DNA of 64,000 nt from Chiloscyllium plagiosum (lineage: Eukaryota). Positions 1 through 12,367 of this stretch are shown here, piece by piece. Made by a program: the position numbers and the translations under genes. The stretch lies in assembly GCF_004010195.1 (NCBI RefSeq), contig NC_057749.1:13130092-13194091 (forward strand). The letters run 5' to 3'. The notes beneath the pieces are model-generated. The model saw nothing but the letters and a program-made list of their open reading frames with translations, was not told the origin of the DNA and ran no database searches. How positions within the stretch are numbered: position 1 is the stretch's first letter; each line of letters starts with the position of its first letter.

Positions 1-475
1 AAAGTCTTTTCCCTGGGGCCGGGGAGTCCAGGACTAGAGCGCATAGGTTTAGCATGAGAGGGGAAAAATATAAAACAGACCTAAGGGGCAACATTTTCAC
101 ACAGAGGGTGGTACGTGTATGGAATGAGCTGCCAGAGGATGTGGTGGAGGCTGGTACAATTGCAACATTTAAGAGGCATTTGGATGGGTATATGAATAGG
201 AAGGGTTTGGAGGGATATGGGCCGGGTGCTGGCAGGTGGGACTAGATTGGATTGGGATATCTGATCGGCATGGACGGGTTGGACCGAAGGGTCTGTTTCC
301 ATGCTGTACATCTCTATGACTCTATTTAAAAGGCATGTGGATAGGTACATAACTGGAAAGGTTTTGGAGGGAATTACACCAAATATGGGCAAATGGGACT
401 AGATTTATGTAGGATATCTGGTCAGCATGGACCAAAGGGTCAGTTTCGTGCTGTATATCTCTATGATTCTATGAC
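1..475 (+). mobile_element. CR1-type LINE 3' end(s), two tandem 3' fragments
   Basis: FTQRVVRVWNELP...FKRHLD ORF2 C-terminus; ctctatga tail repeats. Confidence 0.85.
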
Positions 476-1139
476 TAATTGGTGATCCACCTTCTTCAAT
501 AACTCCTGACCATGTAGATGCACATGATTTGCTGCATATGTACAGCATTTATTTGTGATCCTTCTGCAGTATTTTGCTGAAGACATGGGTCAAACATTTA
601 AGGTGTGGTAACAGATTGGATCTGACTACTCTGGTCAAGGTAACTTGCAACCTGTGAGACCAATCATTATTATTTCCACTTATAGGTTTTTCTTGAAGTT
701 GAGTGCTGCAGAAGAATTCATATGGGGCTCAAGATGTAAACCAGCATCTGCAGTTGTTTGCTTTATAGAATTACAGGTATATTGTTCTTCCAGCTTGTAT
801 TGAGCCGCAGATGGTCAAATTTCTCCAGTATGTTCGGCTTCTTTATTTCCAGCAACCAGCAAGACTTTGCACGGAATGGATGGAGTGGTCGTGGGTTAGG
901 CAAAAAAAAAACTTTTTCTCCTTTCCACCGTCTCCCCCGCCCCCCCCAAAAAAACCTTCCCTCCATCCTAATAAAACCATTTCCCCAACTCCCCAAAAAC
1001 ACCGTCCTTCCATTCCCCCTAAAACCTTTCCTCCAACTCCCTAAAAACATTTCCACCATTTCCTACCTCTTCCCCAAAAAACTCCTTTCGCTAACCCCCA
1101 AAGTACAACTTTGTCCCAATTTTGTCCCCAAGACCCTGC

Positions 1140-1760
1140 CCATTGTGACGCACCGGGCCAGGTGATCCCGGCTGTCATCACGCGGGGTGGGGTGAAGTAA
1201 GTGTCATTTGTGACATCACAATAGGGGGCACGGGTTGGCCGGCAACGGCGAGCGAGTTATTCGCGCCTGCGCGGTTCCACTCGGCAGAAGGGTGCGAGCG
1301 CGAGAGGCTGGCGGGTGAAGGTGGTGGTGGCGGCGACGGGAGGGAAGGAAGCGGGTGAACGCTGTTCGTTAACTTTTCCGATATCCGTGTAGGGGGAGAA
1401 TTAAGGGAATCGGAAACGATGTCGGAATTCGACGCCAATCCGTTCGCGGATCCGGTGGATATCAATCCCTTTCAAGTAAGTCTTCAGTTCGGTGCTGATG
1501 GGAAAGCGTAAACAAATAATTTTTTTTTCCGGGGTGGGCTGTCGTTGGGCCGCGGGCCGTCGAGACGCATTCCTGAGTCGACCAAACCTGCTGGACGGCT
1601 GATTGGCGTGTTGTCCGACCAATCAGAGAGCCGCGGGCAGGCTTTTTACGTCCAGTCAAAGGCTGGCGGGGGCGGGGAAGGTTGAGGGCTCCAGCGAGTT
1701 TGGTTGCTGACACACCTTTGGTTCGTGCCCCTTTACCTCAAGTCAGCAGCCGTTGCCCAC
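1140..1760. promoter_or_regulatory. CpG island / SCAMP2 promoter and first exon
   Basis: Sharp rise in GC and CpG around the ATG; CRE-like TGACGC (~1146) and TGACATCA (~1211); CCAAT boxes and GC box in early intron 1. Confidence 0.8.
1419..1475 (+). CDS. SCAMP2: SCAMP2 coding exon 1 (MSEFDANPFADPVDINPFQ)
   Basis: ATG at 1419; two NPF motifs; closely matches the human SCAMP2 N-terminus as I recall it (MSAFDTNPFADPVDVNPFQ); donor GTAAGT at 1476; lies in a CpG island. Confidence 0.96.
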
Positions 1761-3431
1761 ACCCATTCACCACAATTACTGCATTTTTATTTCACCTACT
1801 AGCCTGATCAGATGACTGAGGCATTATGGTAATTACCCTTGTCGATTGTGTTTTTTTTTTGTTTCTCACCTTTTCCCTTTCTCGCCTTGTCCCTTTTTGT
1901 AATCTGGAGAGCAGAAGGTGCGAAATGTGATCTAACCCAAGGATCAGCGCAGGTTTAGCATAACCGTCTCAAATTATTTATTTGAAGACCTATCAACAGC
2001 AACTTGGCCCATTGAGTGTGCACCAGCATTCGACGAGATCAGGGCTGCTCTGATGATCCTCGACTCCACTCTCCAACTTTTTCCCCCTCATTACCCTCGA
2101 TTCACTTATAAACAAGGACAGAAAGTAGTGGAGAAACTCAGCAAGTCTGGCAGTATTTGTGGAGAGAAGTCGAGTTAATGTTTCGAATGCAGTGACCTTC
2201 CTTCCGAGCTTGATTCCCTTACTGATTAAAAGTCTTTCTTGTACCTACATAATGACTCAGCCTCCTGTGATGGAGAATTCCAGAGTCACTCGTGTCTGAG
2301 AGTAGACATTCCTTCTCAGTCTTGAATGAACGACCCCCTTCCTCTGAAATACTACCTGACATCCTGAGACTGTGTGACACCTCCAGTATTACCCAGAAAA
2401 ATATTTGAAAGTTTTTAGTGATTTGCCAAGTTGGAAGCAGGTGCAATTTAGTGAAGTTCATAACAAGCTGTAGCCCACACCCATCTCAATGGTTTTTCTG
2501 CTTTCATTTCAGTAACTGCCCTGACAGAATAGCTAAGGTATTGTGACTACATTCCTGTCAATTTGTTTTGCGTCTTCTCTGGTACTGTGGAATTGTTTTT
2601 GAAGTGTGCAGAGCAGAATAGTTCAGCTTTTTCACATTCAGCGTTAATGGGCACAGGCAAAAATGTAAGCAGTTTTATGTTGCTTCTTCAGACCCCCTTT
2701 CTCGTTTATGTTTCTGGTTATGTGCATTTTGCACATTAAAAACTGAACAGATGATGTAACTAACTCTCCAACTACAAATCCACTAACCCAGTCAACATAT
2801 TGTCTTTTCCTTTTAATTGCTGTGATGCCAGCACCACTGGCAAAGACTAAGTAAATTGTGGTGAGTTTCCTTGAACTGTAGTCGTCCATCTTGTGTAGGT
2901 AAACATAAATTGCAGTTAGGGAGTGTCTTCCAGGTTTCAGGCTTGGTGACAGTAAGGGAAGAATGACACAATGTCCAAATCTGAATTCACTGTGGCTTGC
3001 TGGTATGGCCAAGCAACTACTGCTTGTTTTTGAATTTATAGAGGGAGAGTTTGGAAAGTGCTGTAGAAGGAGCCTTCACAGGTTGCTGCAGTAGATGCTA
3101 TACCCTGCTGCCTGTGTATTGATATTGGAGGGAGTGAATTTTAATGGTAATGCATGGGGTGCAGTCACCTGGGCAGGTTTGTCTTGAACCTTGTTATTTT
3201 TTTACTATCATGTAAATATTTCAGTTCTTAAGTGCATCTGTTATTTATCTCAAACTTACTAGTGATTAGTAGTATTTCCATATTCCAACCATTCTATAGA
3301 GAATGTTTGTTCCTTATTGCATTTTAAAATCTGATAGTGATGGCTTTAATTGTAGACTCTTTCCACCATTTGGAAATGCTTCTGTATACCCTATTAAACC
3401 AATTATTTTAAGACTTCTATTCTGTCACCTA

Positions 3432-3710
3432 ATATGAAATCATAGAGATGTACAGCATGGAAACAGACCCTTCGGCCCAACCCATCCATCCCTCCAAACC
3501 CTTCCACTTCATAGATCCATCCAAATGCCTCTTAAATGTTGCAATTGTACTAGTATTCACCACATCATCTGGCAGCTCATTCCATGCATGTGCCACCCTC
3601 TGCATGAAAACGTTGCCCCTTGGGTCTCTTTTATATCTTTCCCCTCTCACTCTAAACCTATGCTGTCGAGTTCTGGACTCCCCGACCCCAGAGAAAAGAC
3701 TTTGCCTATG
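3432..3710 (-). mobile_element. CR1 LINE 3' fragment
   Basis: TRQHRFRVRGERYKRD...WNELP motif. Confidence 0.85.
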
Positions 3711-5724
3711 AATAATAATTTTGTCACCTTCAGACCAAAAAAGTCTATTTAATACTAACCTTAGAATAACAGGAATTATAGTATCGTCCTTGTGAATTTC
3801 TCTTTGCAACTTCTCTCATACTGTCATAAACTTTTAAAATGGAGAGCAAAATAGTTCACAGTACCAAATGTGATCAAACCAAGGTTCAGTACAGGTTTTG
3901 CATAACCTGCTTTTCAAGATCATTCCCTGAAAAATGAACTGTGTATAATTTGCAGTCGCTAATGATGTCATGCTGTCCTTCTTTGAAGAATTATGACTGT
4001 ATTTCTGATTCCTTTGATCCTCTAAATATAGTTTAATATGTTAACATCCAAGCCTATTCTGTGGGGCTGTGTTGTAATAACATTTTAAATGCAAGAGTGA
4101 GTTCCCAACCTACCATGAATTAATCTACAATCTCCTCACATGTTGAGCTGTTAGTTTGTGATGCCACAGAATGATTACAAGTTATTTCTTCCCAAGGGAT
4201 GCTGTCATTCCTTATGAAAGGAATTGAACATACAAGTAAGGTTAGAATGCTTCAATTTAAATTAAGGCATTGGTGAATTGTGCAGTTTTGTCACTTTCCT
4301 TTAGAAAAAGGACATAAATGTTTAGTGGGACATTCAGAGGTGGTTTCGTAGATTTGTTTTTGTGTGATGTGTTGGACAGGCTAAGTTTGTTTCTACTCTA
4401 GTTTAGAATAATGAGGGTTGACCTAATTGAAGATTCAGAATGGTCTTGAAAAGGTTGACTGGGAAGGATATTTCCTTTTGAGAATCCAGAACCAGGGCAC
4501 TGTTTTTAAAATTTGTCATGTCCCTTAAAGGACAGTGAGAATTAATTTTGAGGTTTATAAGACTTTGGTACACTCCGCCCTTCAATGTAATGGAAGCAGA
4601 GATATTTTTAATATTTTTGAGATGGATGGGTAGATTCTTGTTAGGCAAAGAGGTTTAAACTTATGGGTTGGGGGGCGGAGGTGGTAGGTGACAATGTGGA
4701 ATTTGAATCACTAACATAAGCCATGGCCCTGTTGTGTGGTGGAGCAGGCTCAAAGGGCTGAATTGTCTATCCTCTGCTCCTATTTCATACTTTTTCTTTC
4801 ATAAAAGGTGGACAAAATAGTTTTGAATTCTCTTGGCTTTAGTATATCTGAATGAGTGACCTGTTACAGTAAGGCTATAGTGTCTGAGCAAACCTTCAGT
4901 AACGTGATGTGTAAGGTAGATTGCATATCCAAAATTATTAAAAGCTTTGGATTCTGGAATAGCCTGGCCAGAGGTAGAGTATTCTTTAGAAATAGTCATG
5001 GAAAATAACCAGATTTGAAGGAGGTGAACTATAAAAACAAAAGGAAATTGCTGGTAACACTTAAGTGCTCACACTCTATCTACAAGAGGAGGAAGAGTTA
5101 ATGTTTTATGTTACCATTCATCAGCTAAAATATTTGGCTTTGCACTGTAGAATTAAACATGTACTTGCAACCTCAATTTAGGCAGTAGGCTTGTCAGTGT
5201 CAAATTTATCATAAATCTGTGGTATTCCAGTATAATGCTGTTTCTGGGAAGAATAGATTGATGCAGCTTTATGTTGAAGATTGTTAATAGGAACAGATTT
5301 GAAATATCCTTTACATCATGCAGGCTGAAGTAGATAACTAGAAATATGGGCTGGCTGAACCTTTTGGAATATTTTGGTATGTCAACATTGTATGTAGCTA
5401 ATTGTGTAAAACAGTTTATTTTTATAATTGAATGCTATACATAAAGTGATGGTAAATGAGTTGTTTTTGAGCATTGCAGCTTGATGGTACTTGTTAATTT
5501 TTGTTATAAATTCACTTTCTGTTCAGTTTAATTGATTTTATATTGTATGGACATGAAAATTTCAAGAGATTGTTAGGATTGCAGACTGAGGAGAATGTGA
5601 AAGATAAAGCTTTGGAGGAAAAGCTGAGAAGGGAATTTGAGAGCCTGTGACCTCAGCAGCTGAAGATTGCTGATAAGGTCTTGAAGGTTTGACAGGGTGG
5701 TTGCTGACAGGAGTATTTGTTTTG

Positions 5725-6460
5725 TTCATTCATGGAATGTGGGTGTCACTGGCTGGGCTAGCATTTATTACCCATTCCTGCTGCTTTGAAAGTGGTGTGA
5801 GCAGTTGCCTTGAGCCCCAGTAGTAGTCTTGATGTAGACAGGCCAACAAATAAGTATTAGGGAATTCCGCGATTTTGACCTGGTCATACTGGAGAAGCGA
5901 TGATGTAGGTGTTTCAGCCACCTTTGTCTTTCTCAGTTGGAATGGTTTGGGCTCTGCTCCCCCACCCCCACAATTTATTTTGCTCTGATGCATAGACCTC
6001 TAAGGTCGGAGCACAACAATGATTTGTGCAAGTGAAAGTCATTGTATCAGCATATCGATTGGTTTTATGGAACTTTCAAGTGGCTGTGCAGCTTAAAGGG
6101 AATGTTGATCATTGGTTTGGAACTTTTCTGCAGTATGATTTGCAGCTGGTTACGCCACCACTGATGTTCAGTAGCAATAGCGTGAACAATTGTGGTTGTG
6201 CCAATCAAGTGGGCTGCTTTTTCCTTGAATGTTGCTGGAGCTGCACTCATCCAGGCAAGTGGGAATACATCACAATCCTGCCCTGTGATTTGTGGATGGT
6301 GGGCAGGCTTTGGGTAGGAAGCAGGAGTGTTATTCATGGGTTTCCTAACCTCTGACCTTTCTTACAGCCACACTATTTATGGCTAGTCCAGTTCACATTT
6401 TGGCTAATGTTAACTCCCAGGATGGGATAGTAGGGAACTCGTGATGGTGAAACTATTGAT
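5725..6460 (-). mobile_element. Degraded LINE 3' fragment of a family recurring at ~24580, 25140, 36220, 51150-52110, 52480 and 56600
   Basis: Recurring terminal block ttcattcatgg.atgtggg.gtcactggctggg..agcatttatt.cccat. Confidence 0.55.
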
Positions 6461-7694
6461 GCCGTTTTCCCTTTGTGGTAGAGATTAGAAGTAGGTGACA
6501 TAGTTTGAGTCAGACTATTTAACACTGCTATTTAAAAGTGTGGGTTGTCATTCTTGGAATAATTTTTCTCCAGAGACTCGTAAAACCAAAATTGTGGTGC
6601 ACTTTTAAAGCAGAGTTAGATTGACTTTCTTTTTAAACTGAAAGTAAAGTGTTGTCAATATTGTCCCTGTTAAATACACTCAGGACAGGGACAGCACAGT
6701 GCTAGACAGAGCAAAGCTACTTCTCCTCTTCTAAAGGAAAAGCCAGAAGTTATTGAAACAGCCCCCACTGGTGCACTTCAGCAAAAAACACTAACAAATA
6801 TTCAATAAAGAAATGGGAGGTTATGAAGTTAAAATAACATTTTCTGGAATGATGAGACCTAGCCCTGATGGTACCTACCTGTCTCTAAATGCCTCGATCA
6901 TATTAGACAATACTACGTCCTGAGTGTCTCATAACTGTGAAAGAGGAGCAGACAGTAAGAACCATGACCCCCTTTGCAGTTCACTGCCTGGATCTGTTAA
7001 TGGTCAATTCGGTCACGCTTAGGAGAAGACCAATGGTAAGGCCCTCTGACTTGTTTGCTGTCCCCTACCCCGTACGGAGTGCTCGAAGATCAGGCATGTT
7101 GAGCTGAGGTGCAGACCCTTCAAAAAAGGGTTGTCTCTGTTCAATGGCAATGTGGAGTTGTGGCCACAGTCCCATCTGTCATTGTGTTATTTAATGGGAT
7201 AGCAAACTTGAAGAACTAAGTGACCTATTCTTGCACCTAATTTTTTTTTTCCTCTACAAAGCAAAACTAATGATGAAGCAATTAAAGTCAGCGAAGTGCT
7301 CAATGAAATTGATGGAGCACAAAGATCGAGAAGGATTGTGGGGCTGGAGGAACTTATAAAGAAAATTGAGCAGAGTGAAGGTAGAGACAAGGAAATGATG
7401 ATTGAAATGAGTGTTGCCAGACTAAGGGCCAATATAAATCAGCAAGTATAGCATGAGTGAACAGGATTTGGTAAAAGTCTGAGTGCAATCAGCAGAGATC
7501 AAACTATGTTTGAGTTGAAGGATGGAAGTGCCAGGCTAACCACTGAGCTGGAGAGGCAGCAATTTGGCTTGATCGGCTTGGGGCTAGTATAATATGACAA
7601 TGTTGTTTTTTCTTTAAGCAACTATAAAAATAAGGATAAAAAATGAAAATGTTAGGGAGATGAATTGTAGTTCATCGGGTTCCCTACTAAAATG

Positions 7695-8184
7695 ATAGTC
7701 ATAGCGATGTGCAGCACGGAAACAGACCCTTCAGTTTGACTTGTCCATGCCGACCAGATATCCCAAGCCGATCTAGTCCCACCTGTCAGCATGTGACCCA
7801 TATCCCTCCAAACCCTTCCTATTCCTATACCCATCCAGATGCCTTTTACATGTTGCAATTGCACTAGGCTCCACCACTTTCTCTAGCAGCCTTTTCTCCA
7901 CACGCACCACCCTCTGCGTGAACAAGTTGCCCCTTAAGTCTCTTATATCTCCCACCCCCCCAAGGCAAAGACCTTGTCTATTTACCCTATCCATGCCCAT
8001 CATGATTTTATAAACCTATATCAGGTCACCCCTCAGCCTCCAACTCTTCAGGGAAAGCAGCCCTAGCCTATTCAGCCTCTTTCTCCATAGCTCAAATCCT
8101 CCAACCCTGGCAACAACTTTGTAAATCTTTTCTGAACCCTTTCAAGTCTCTCAACATCCTTCCGATAGGAAGGAGACCTGAATG
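7695..8184 (-). mobile_element. CR1 LINE 3' fragment
   Basis: Same family as 1-325; FTQRVV...KRHLDGY. Confidence 0.85.
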
Positions 8185-8598
8185 CAGTGTGAAGGCATCA
8201 ACTATTGAACCAGCTGAAGTGACTAAAAGACACTGAATTAAACTGATCAAACTTGTTTTCTAATTTTACCCATGTTTTTTTGAATCTAGACTGCACTATT
8301 TCTTTTTTCCTTATTTGATTTAGTTACATATTTCCTAACTTTTCTATATAGAGTTCCTGAGCGTACCACCTGTCAGCTGTCAAAAGTATTTTTGTATTTC
8401 AAATTGTGACAAATGAGACCAGGATACGTACTTCAGATTGTTTCTGATGCGGCTTTGGTCAATATTGCTTTACTTAATTTCCAGTTTAATTTTTGACAAA
8501 CTTTCAAAGCACGTTATTTGGAGAATACAAGTTTGACCAGTTTAATTCAGTGTCCTTTAGTCACTTCAGCTGGTTCTATGGTTGATGCCTTAACACTG
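8185..8598. repeat. ~72-bp inverted repeat pair (8185-8256 / 8527-8598); MITE-like
   Basis: cagtgtgaaggcatcaac...tcaaacttgt is the near-exact reverse complement of acaagtttgacc...gatgccttaacactg. Confidence 0.8.
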
Positions 8599-9627
8599 TT
8601 GCAATCTGCAAAGTTGTTTTTGTTCAGAACATCTTAAGCACTCATATTTTACTCAGTTCCTTACCAACCCTAGTGAACACTCTGTTCTGCATGTTTATTT
8701 ACAAAAGAACAATCATCAAATTGTGACTCCACTAAATAAATAAAATTTTACTCCTTTTGATTTGATAGCTTTTTTAAAGTGTTTCTTCTAGCAAACAGAA
8801 CATAATTTGCATTTGTATAGCAGTTTTCATACCACAAAAATCTCAGAACGCCTCAGCACTGCACTGAGAATGTCATCTTTGATTTTGCCCTTTTTGATTT
8901 TTCAGGTGTAGTGGCAATAGACTTATGCTATCTTGTCTCGGTGTAAAATATTAAGTTTGGCTGCGCAGAATTGACATAAACAAGTGTTTGCCAAGACTCT
9001 TTTGGTAGACAGTCCTTATGATTTTTATCACAGAACTGTTATATTCTTCCACTGTTAATGTTTCTGACTATTCATGAGAATCTGAACAGAGAATTATGGT
9101 GACCTCTTTAATCATAGGCAAATTAATTTGTGCCTAACAACCAAACACTCTGCTTTAAGTTCAGTAAACTTTTTTATTCTATACTTAGTTCCGTGTTCTC
9201 TTATCCTTCCTACCTTTCCCACACCCACTATCCAGATGAGTGCCATTGAAGCCTGCAGTTCAGAACAAACATGTAATCTGTGACCTTTCTCATCTGTGTG
9301 GCCTCATGCCAAACTGATGCATTTACCCTCTGTCCAATAACTTTTGAATAATTTGAACATAGTCTTTCCACTACCTGCTCTTTATTTGAAAGTAAGTTGT
9401 CATTAAGGTGCTTTCCTTAGTTCAAAAGTAGGTTATTGTGGAGGAACAATACTTTTTGGTCAAAATTATTGTTTGAAATTTAGGAAAGTGCATTTTGTAA
9501 CTGTTAAAATTTAACAATGCTATACAGATTTGTTGCTTTTAGTAAACCTACAAGATGCATCATTACACTTCATGTTACAGGTTATATTCACAATAAGACC
9601 ATAATTTACAGGAGCAGAATTAGGCTA

Positions 9628-9806
9628 GGAGAAAGTGAGGACTGCAGATGTTGGAGTTTTCAGAGTAGAGAGTGTAGTGTTGGAAAAGCACAGCAGGTCA
9701 GGCAGTATCAGAGGCGGAGAGTTGACGTTTCCAGCAAAAGCCCTTCATCAGGATATTGCCCAAAGCGTTGATTCTCCTGCCTGCTGCCTGACTTCCTGTG
9801 CTTTTC
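9628..9806. mobile_element. Fold-back non-autonomous element with hammerhead motif (family A)
   Basis: TSD cagaatt(a/t)ggcta at 9615-9627 / 9807-9819; minus-strand CTGATGA-agggcttttgctg-GAAAcgTC at ~9721-9754. Confidence 0.8.
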
Positions 9807-11013
9807 CAGAATTTGGCTATTCAGCCTATCCAGCCGCCTCTGCCATTCAATCATAACTGATGTTTCTCAACCCCAATCTCCTGGTTGTCCATATAATCCC
9901 CTACCAATCAAGAATCTACTTACCTGTGGCCTCCACAGCCTTCTGTGACAATGACTTCCACAGATTGACTATCCCCAGCTGAAGAAATTCCTCCTTATCC
10001 CAGTTTTCAAGTGTTGTGCCTTCAATCTGAGGCTTGCCCTCCGGTCCTAGTCATTCCAAGTGAAAGCATGTCCATGTCTACTCTGTTCAGGCCTCAACAT
10101 TTTCAATCTGATCCCTCCTCATCCTTTTTAAACTGAGTACAGACCCAGAGTCCTCAACCACTTCTCTTGACAAGCCCTTCATCCATGGGGTCATTGTTTA
10201 TAAACCTCCTCTGAGCCCCCTCCAGGCCAGCACATCCTTCCGTAGATATGGGACTCAAAATTGCTCTCAATATTCCAAATGTGGTCTAACCAGACCTTAA
10301 ACAACCTCAGCAGTACAGTGTATTCTTGCTGTCTTGAAATGAATGCTGACCTTGTATTTGCCTGCCTTTCTACCAAGCTGTTAATCTTGAGAATTGTGAA
10401 CTAGGACTCCAATTCCCTTTAAGCTTCAGATTCCTGAAGCCATTCTCTGGTTAGAAAATGGTCCATGCCCCTCCTTTTTCCTACCAAAATATATAATACC
10501 ACATTGTATTCCATCTGCCATTCTTTACCTACACTCCTAGCCTGTCCAAGTACTTCTGTAACCACCTTGCTTCCTCGTCACTACCTGACCCTACACCTAT
10601 CTTTGTGTCATCTGCAAATTTAGGAACAAAGCCCTCTTCCTTTTGTCCAGATCATTAATGTGTAACGTGGATAGTTGAGGTCCTGACATGGGTGCCTGCA
10701 AATTTTACTAGTCACCAGCTGTCACTCTGAAAAAGACTCTTTTATTCCCACTCTGTGCTTTCTTCCAATCAGCTAATTCTCTCTCTCTCTCTCTCTCTAT
10801 CCCTAACACCATGGTCTTTTATCTCATTTAACAGCCTCCTGTATGGTGCCTTGAGTCAGCACAGCCCTATTTTACTATGCACTACCAAGTACTCCACAAA
10901 CTCATCCTTAATAATGGACTCTTTAAAATCTGGCCAACAATTGGGGTCAGTCTAATTGACTGGTTTTCTTGTCTCTGCCTCCCTCCCTTCTTTAAACATG
11001 GCTGCTATGTTCA

Positions 11014-11334
11014 GGGGCAGCACGGTGGCTCAGTGGTTAGCACTGCTGCCTTACAGCACTAAGTTCCCAGATTCGATTCCAGCCTTGGGTGACTCTGTCT
11101 GTCTTTGGAGTTTGCACATTCTCCCCGTGTCTGCGTGGGTTTCCTCTGGGGTGTCTGGTTTCCTCCCACTGTCCAAAGATGTGTGGGTCAGGTGTATTGG
11201 CCATGCACCTAACACTATGGGCAATTTAGCATTAGTCAGAGAAATGGGTCTGGGTGGGTTACTCTTCAGAGGGTTGGTGTGGACTTGTTGGGCCGAAGGG
11301 CATGTTTTCACACTGTAGGGAATCTAATCTAATC
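11014..11334 (+). mobile_element. tRNA-derived SINE (HE1/V-SINE type)
   Basis: A-box tggctcagtggttag, B-box-like ttcgattcc, V-domain gtttgcacattctccccgtgtctgcgtgggtttcc, (aatct)n tail. Confidence 0.9.
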
Positions 11335-12062
11335 GATTAGCCATTTTCCTCTCCTCTGGGACCCTCTCTGACTCCACTGATTCCTAAAAGATCATTACAA
11401 TGCCTCTCCAGTCTCCCCTCATTCCTTCAGAACTGAGATATAGTCCATCTTGTCTGGTTGATTTACCTTTCAACTTCGTCACACCTTCTCCTTGGTGATG
11501 GCAACTACACTTAACTCTGGTATGCTGCACGTGTCTTCCACTGTGAAAACTGATACCAAATACCTATTAAGTTCTTCCAGGATTTCTTTGTTCCTCATTT
11601 GCTACTTCTCCAGTCTCATTTTCCAGCAGTACAATGTCTCTTCTTGCCTCTGTACCTCCTGGGTATCTTAAAAGATGATTTCACGAGTATTTGTTATTGC
11701 TAGCTAGCTAATATTCATATTCCATCATCTCACTGCTTGTTTTTTAAAATTATCCTCCGGTTTTTAAAGGCTTCCGCTAATCTTCACCTTGTTTGCTTTT
11801 ATACTGTCTCTGACTTCTCATCACCAATGGTGCCTCACCCTCCCCTTAGTATATTTCTTGCTTGGCATGAATTTCTGCTGTACCCCTCAAAATACCCCCA
11901 GAAACTCCTGCCATTGCACCTTCATCTCTGCTTGGCTCCCTTCCAATCAACTTTGGCCAATTACTCTCTCAAAATCTTTGTTCCCTTGTTGCTCATTTGT
12001 AGTAACTACATCTGATTCCATTTTTCTCTCCAATTGCATGGTGAATTCTATCAAGTTATGAT

Positions 12063-12367
12063 TAAATTCCCTACAGTGTGAAAATAGGCCCTTCTGTCCA
12101 ACCAGTCCACATCGACCCTCCAAAGAGTAACCCACCCAGACCGGTTTCGCTGTGACTAATGCACCTAACACTATGGGCAATTTAGCATCGCGAATCCACC
12201 TGACCTGCTCATCTTTGGACTGTGGGAGGAAACCGGAGCACCTGGAGGAAACCCATGCAGACACTGGGAGAATGTGCAAACTCCACAGTCACCCGAGGCT
12301 GGAATCAAACCTGGGACTTTGGTGCTGTGAGGCAGCAATGCTAACCACTGAGCCACCATGCTGCCTC
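12063..12367 (-). mobile_element. tRNA-derived SINE (HE1/V-SINE type)
   Basis: Reverse complement of the 11014 family. Confidence 0.9.

Noticed and set aside
758..1165. Pro/Lys-rich ORFs, possible upstream gene such as MPI
   Set aside because: They arise from the low-complexity tract; no MPI-like sequence is recognisable
7255..7452. ~63-codon purine-rich open frame after a poly-T tract (possible cryptic exon)
   Set aside because: Weak AAG acceptor, phase incompatible with SCAMP2 exon 1, ends in a stop, no recognisable homology
11014..11090. tRNA-like A/B boxes here and in similar copies
   Set aside because: They are SINE heads followed by the V-domain, not tRNA genes
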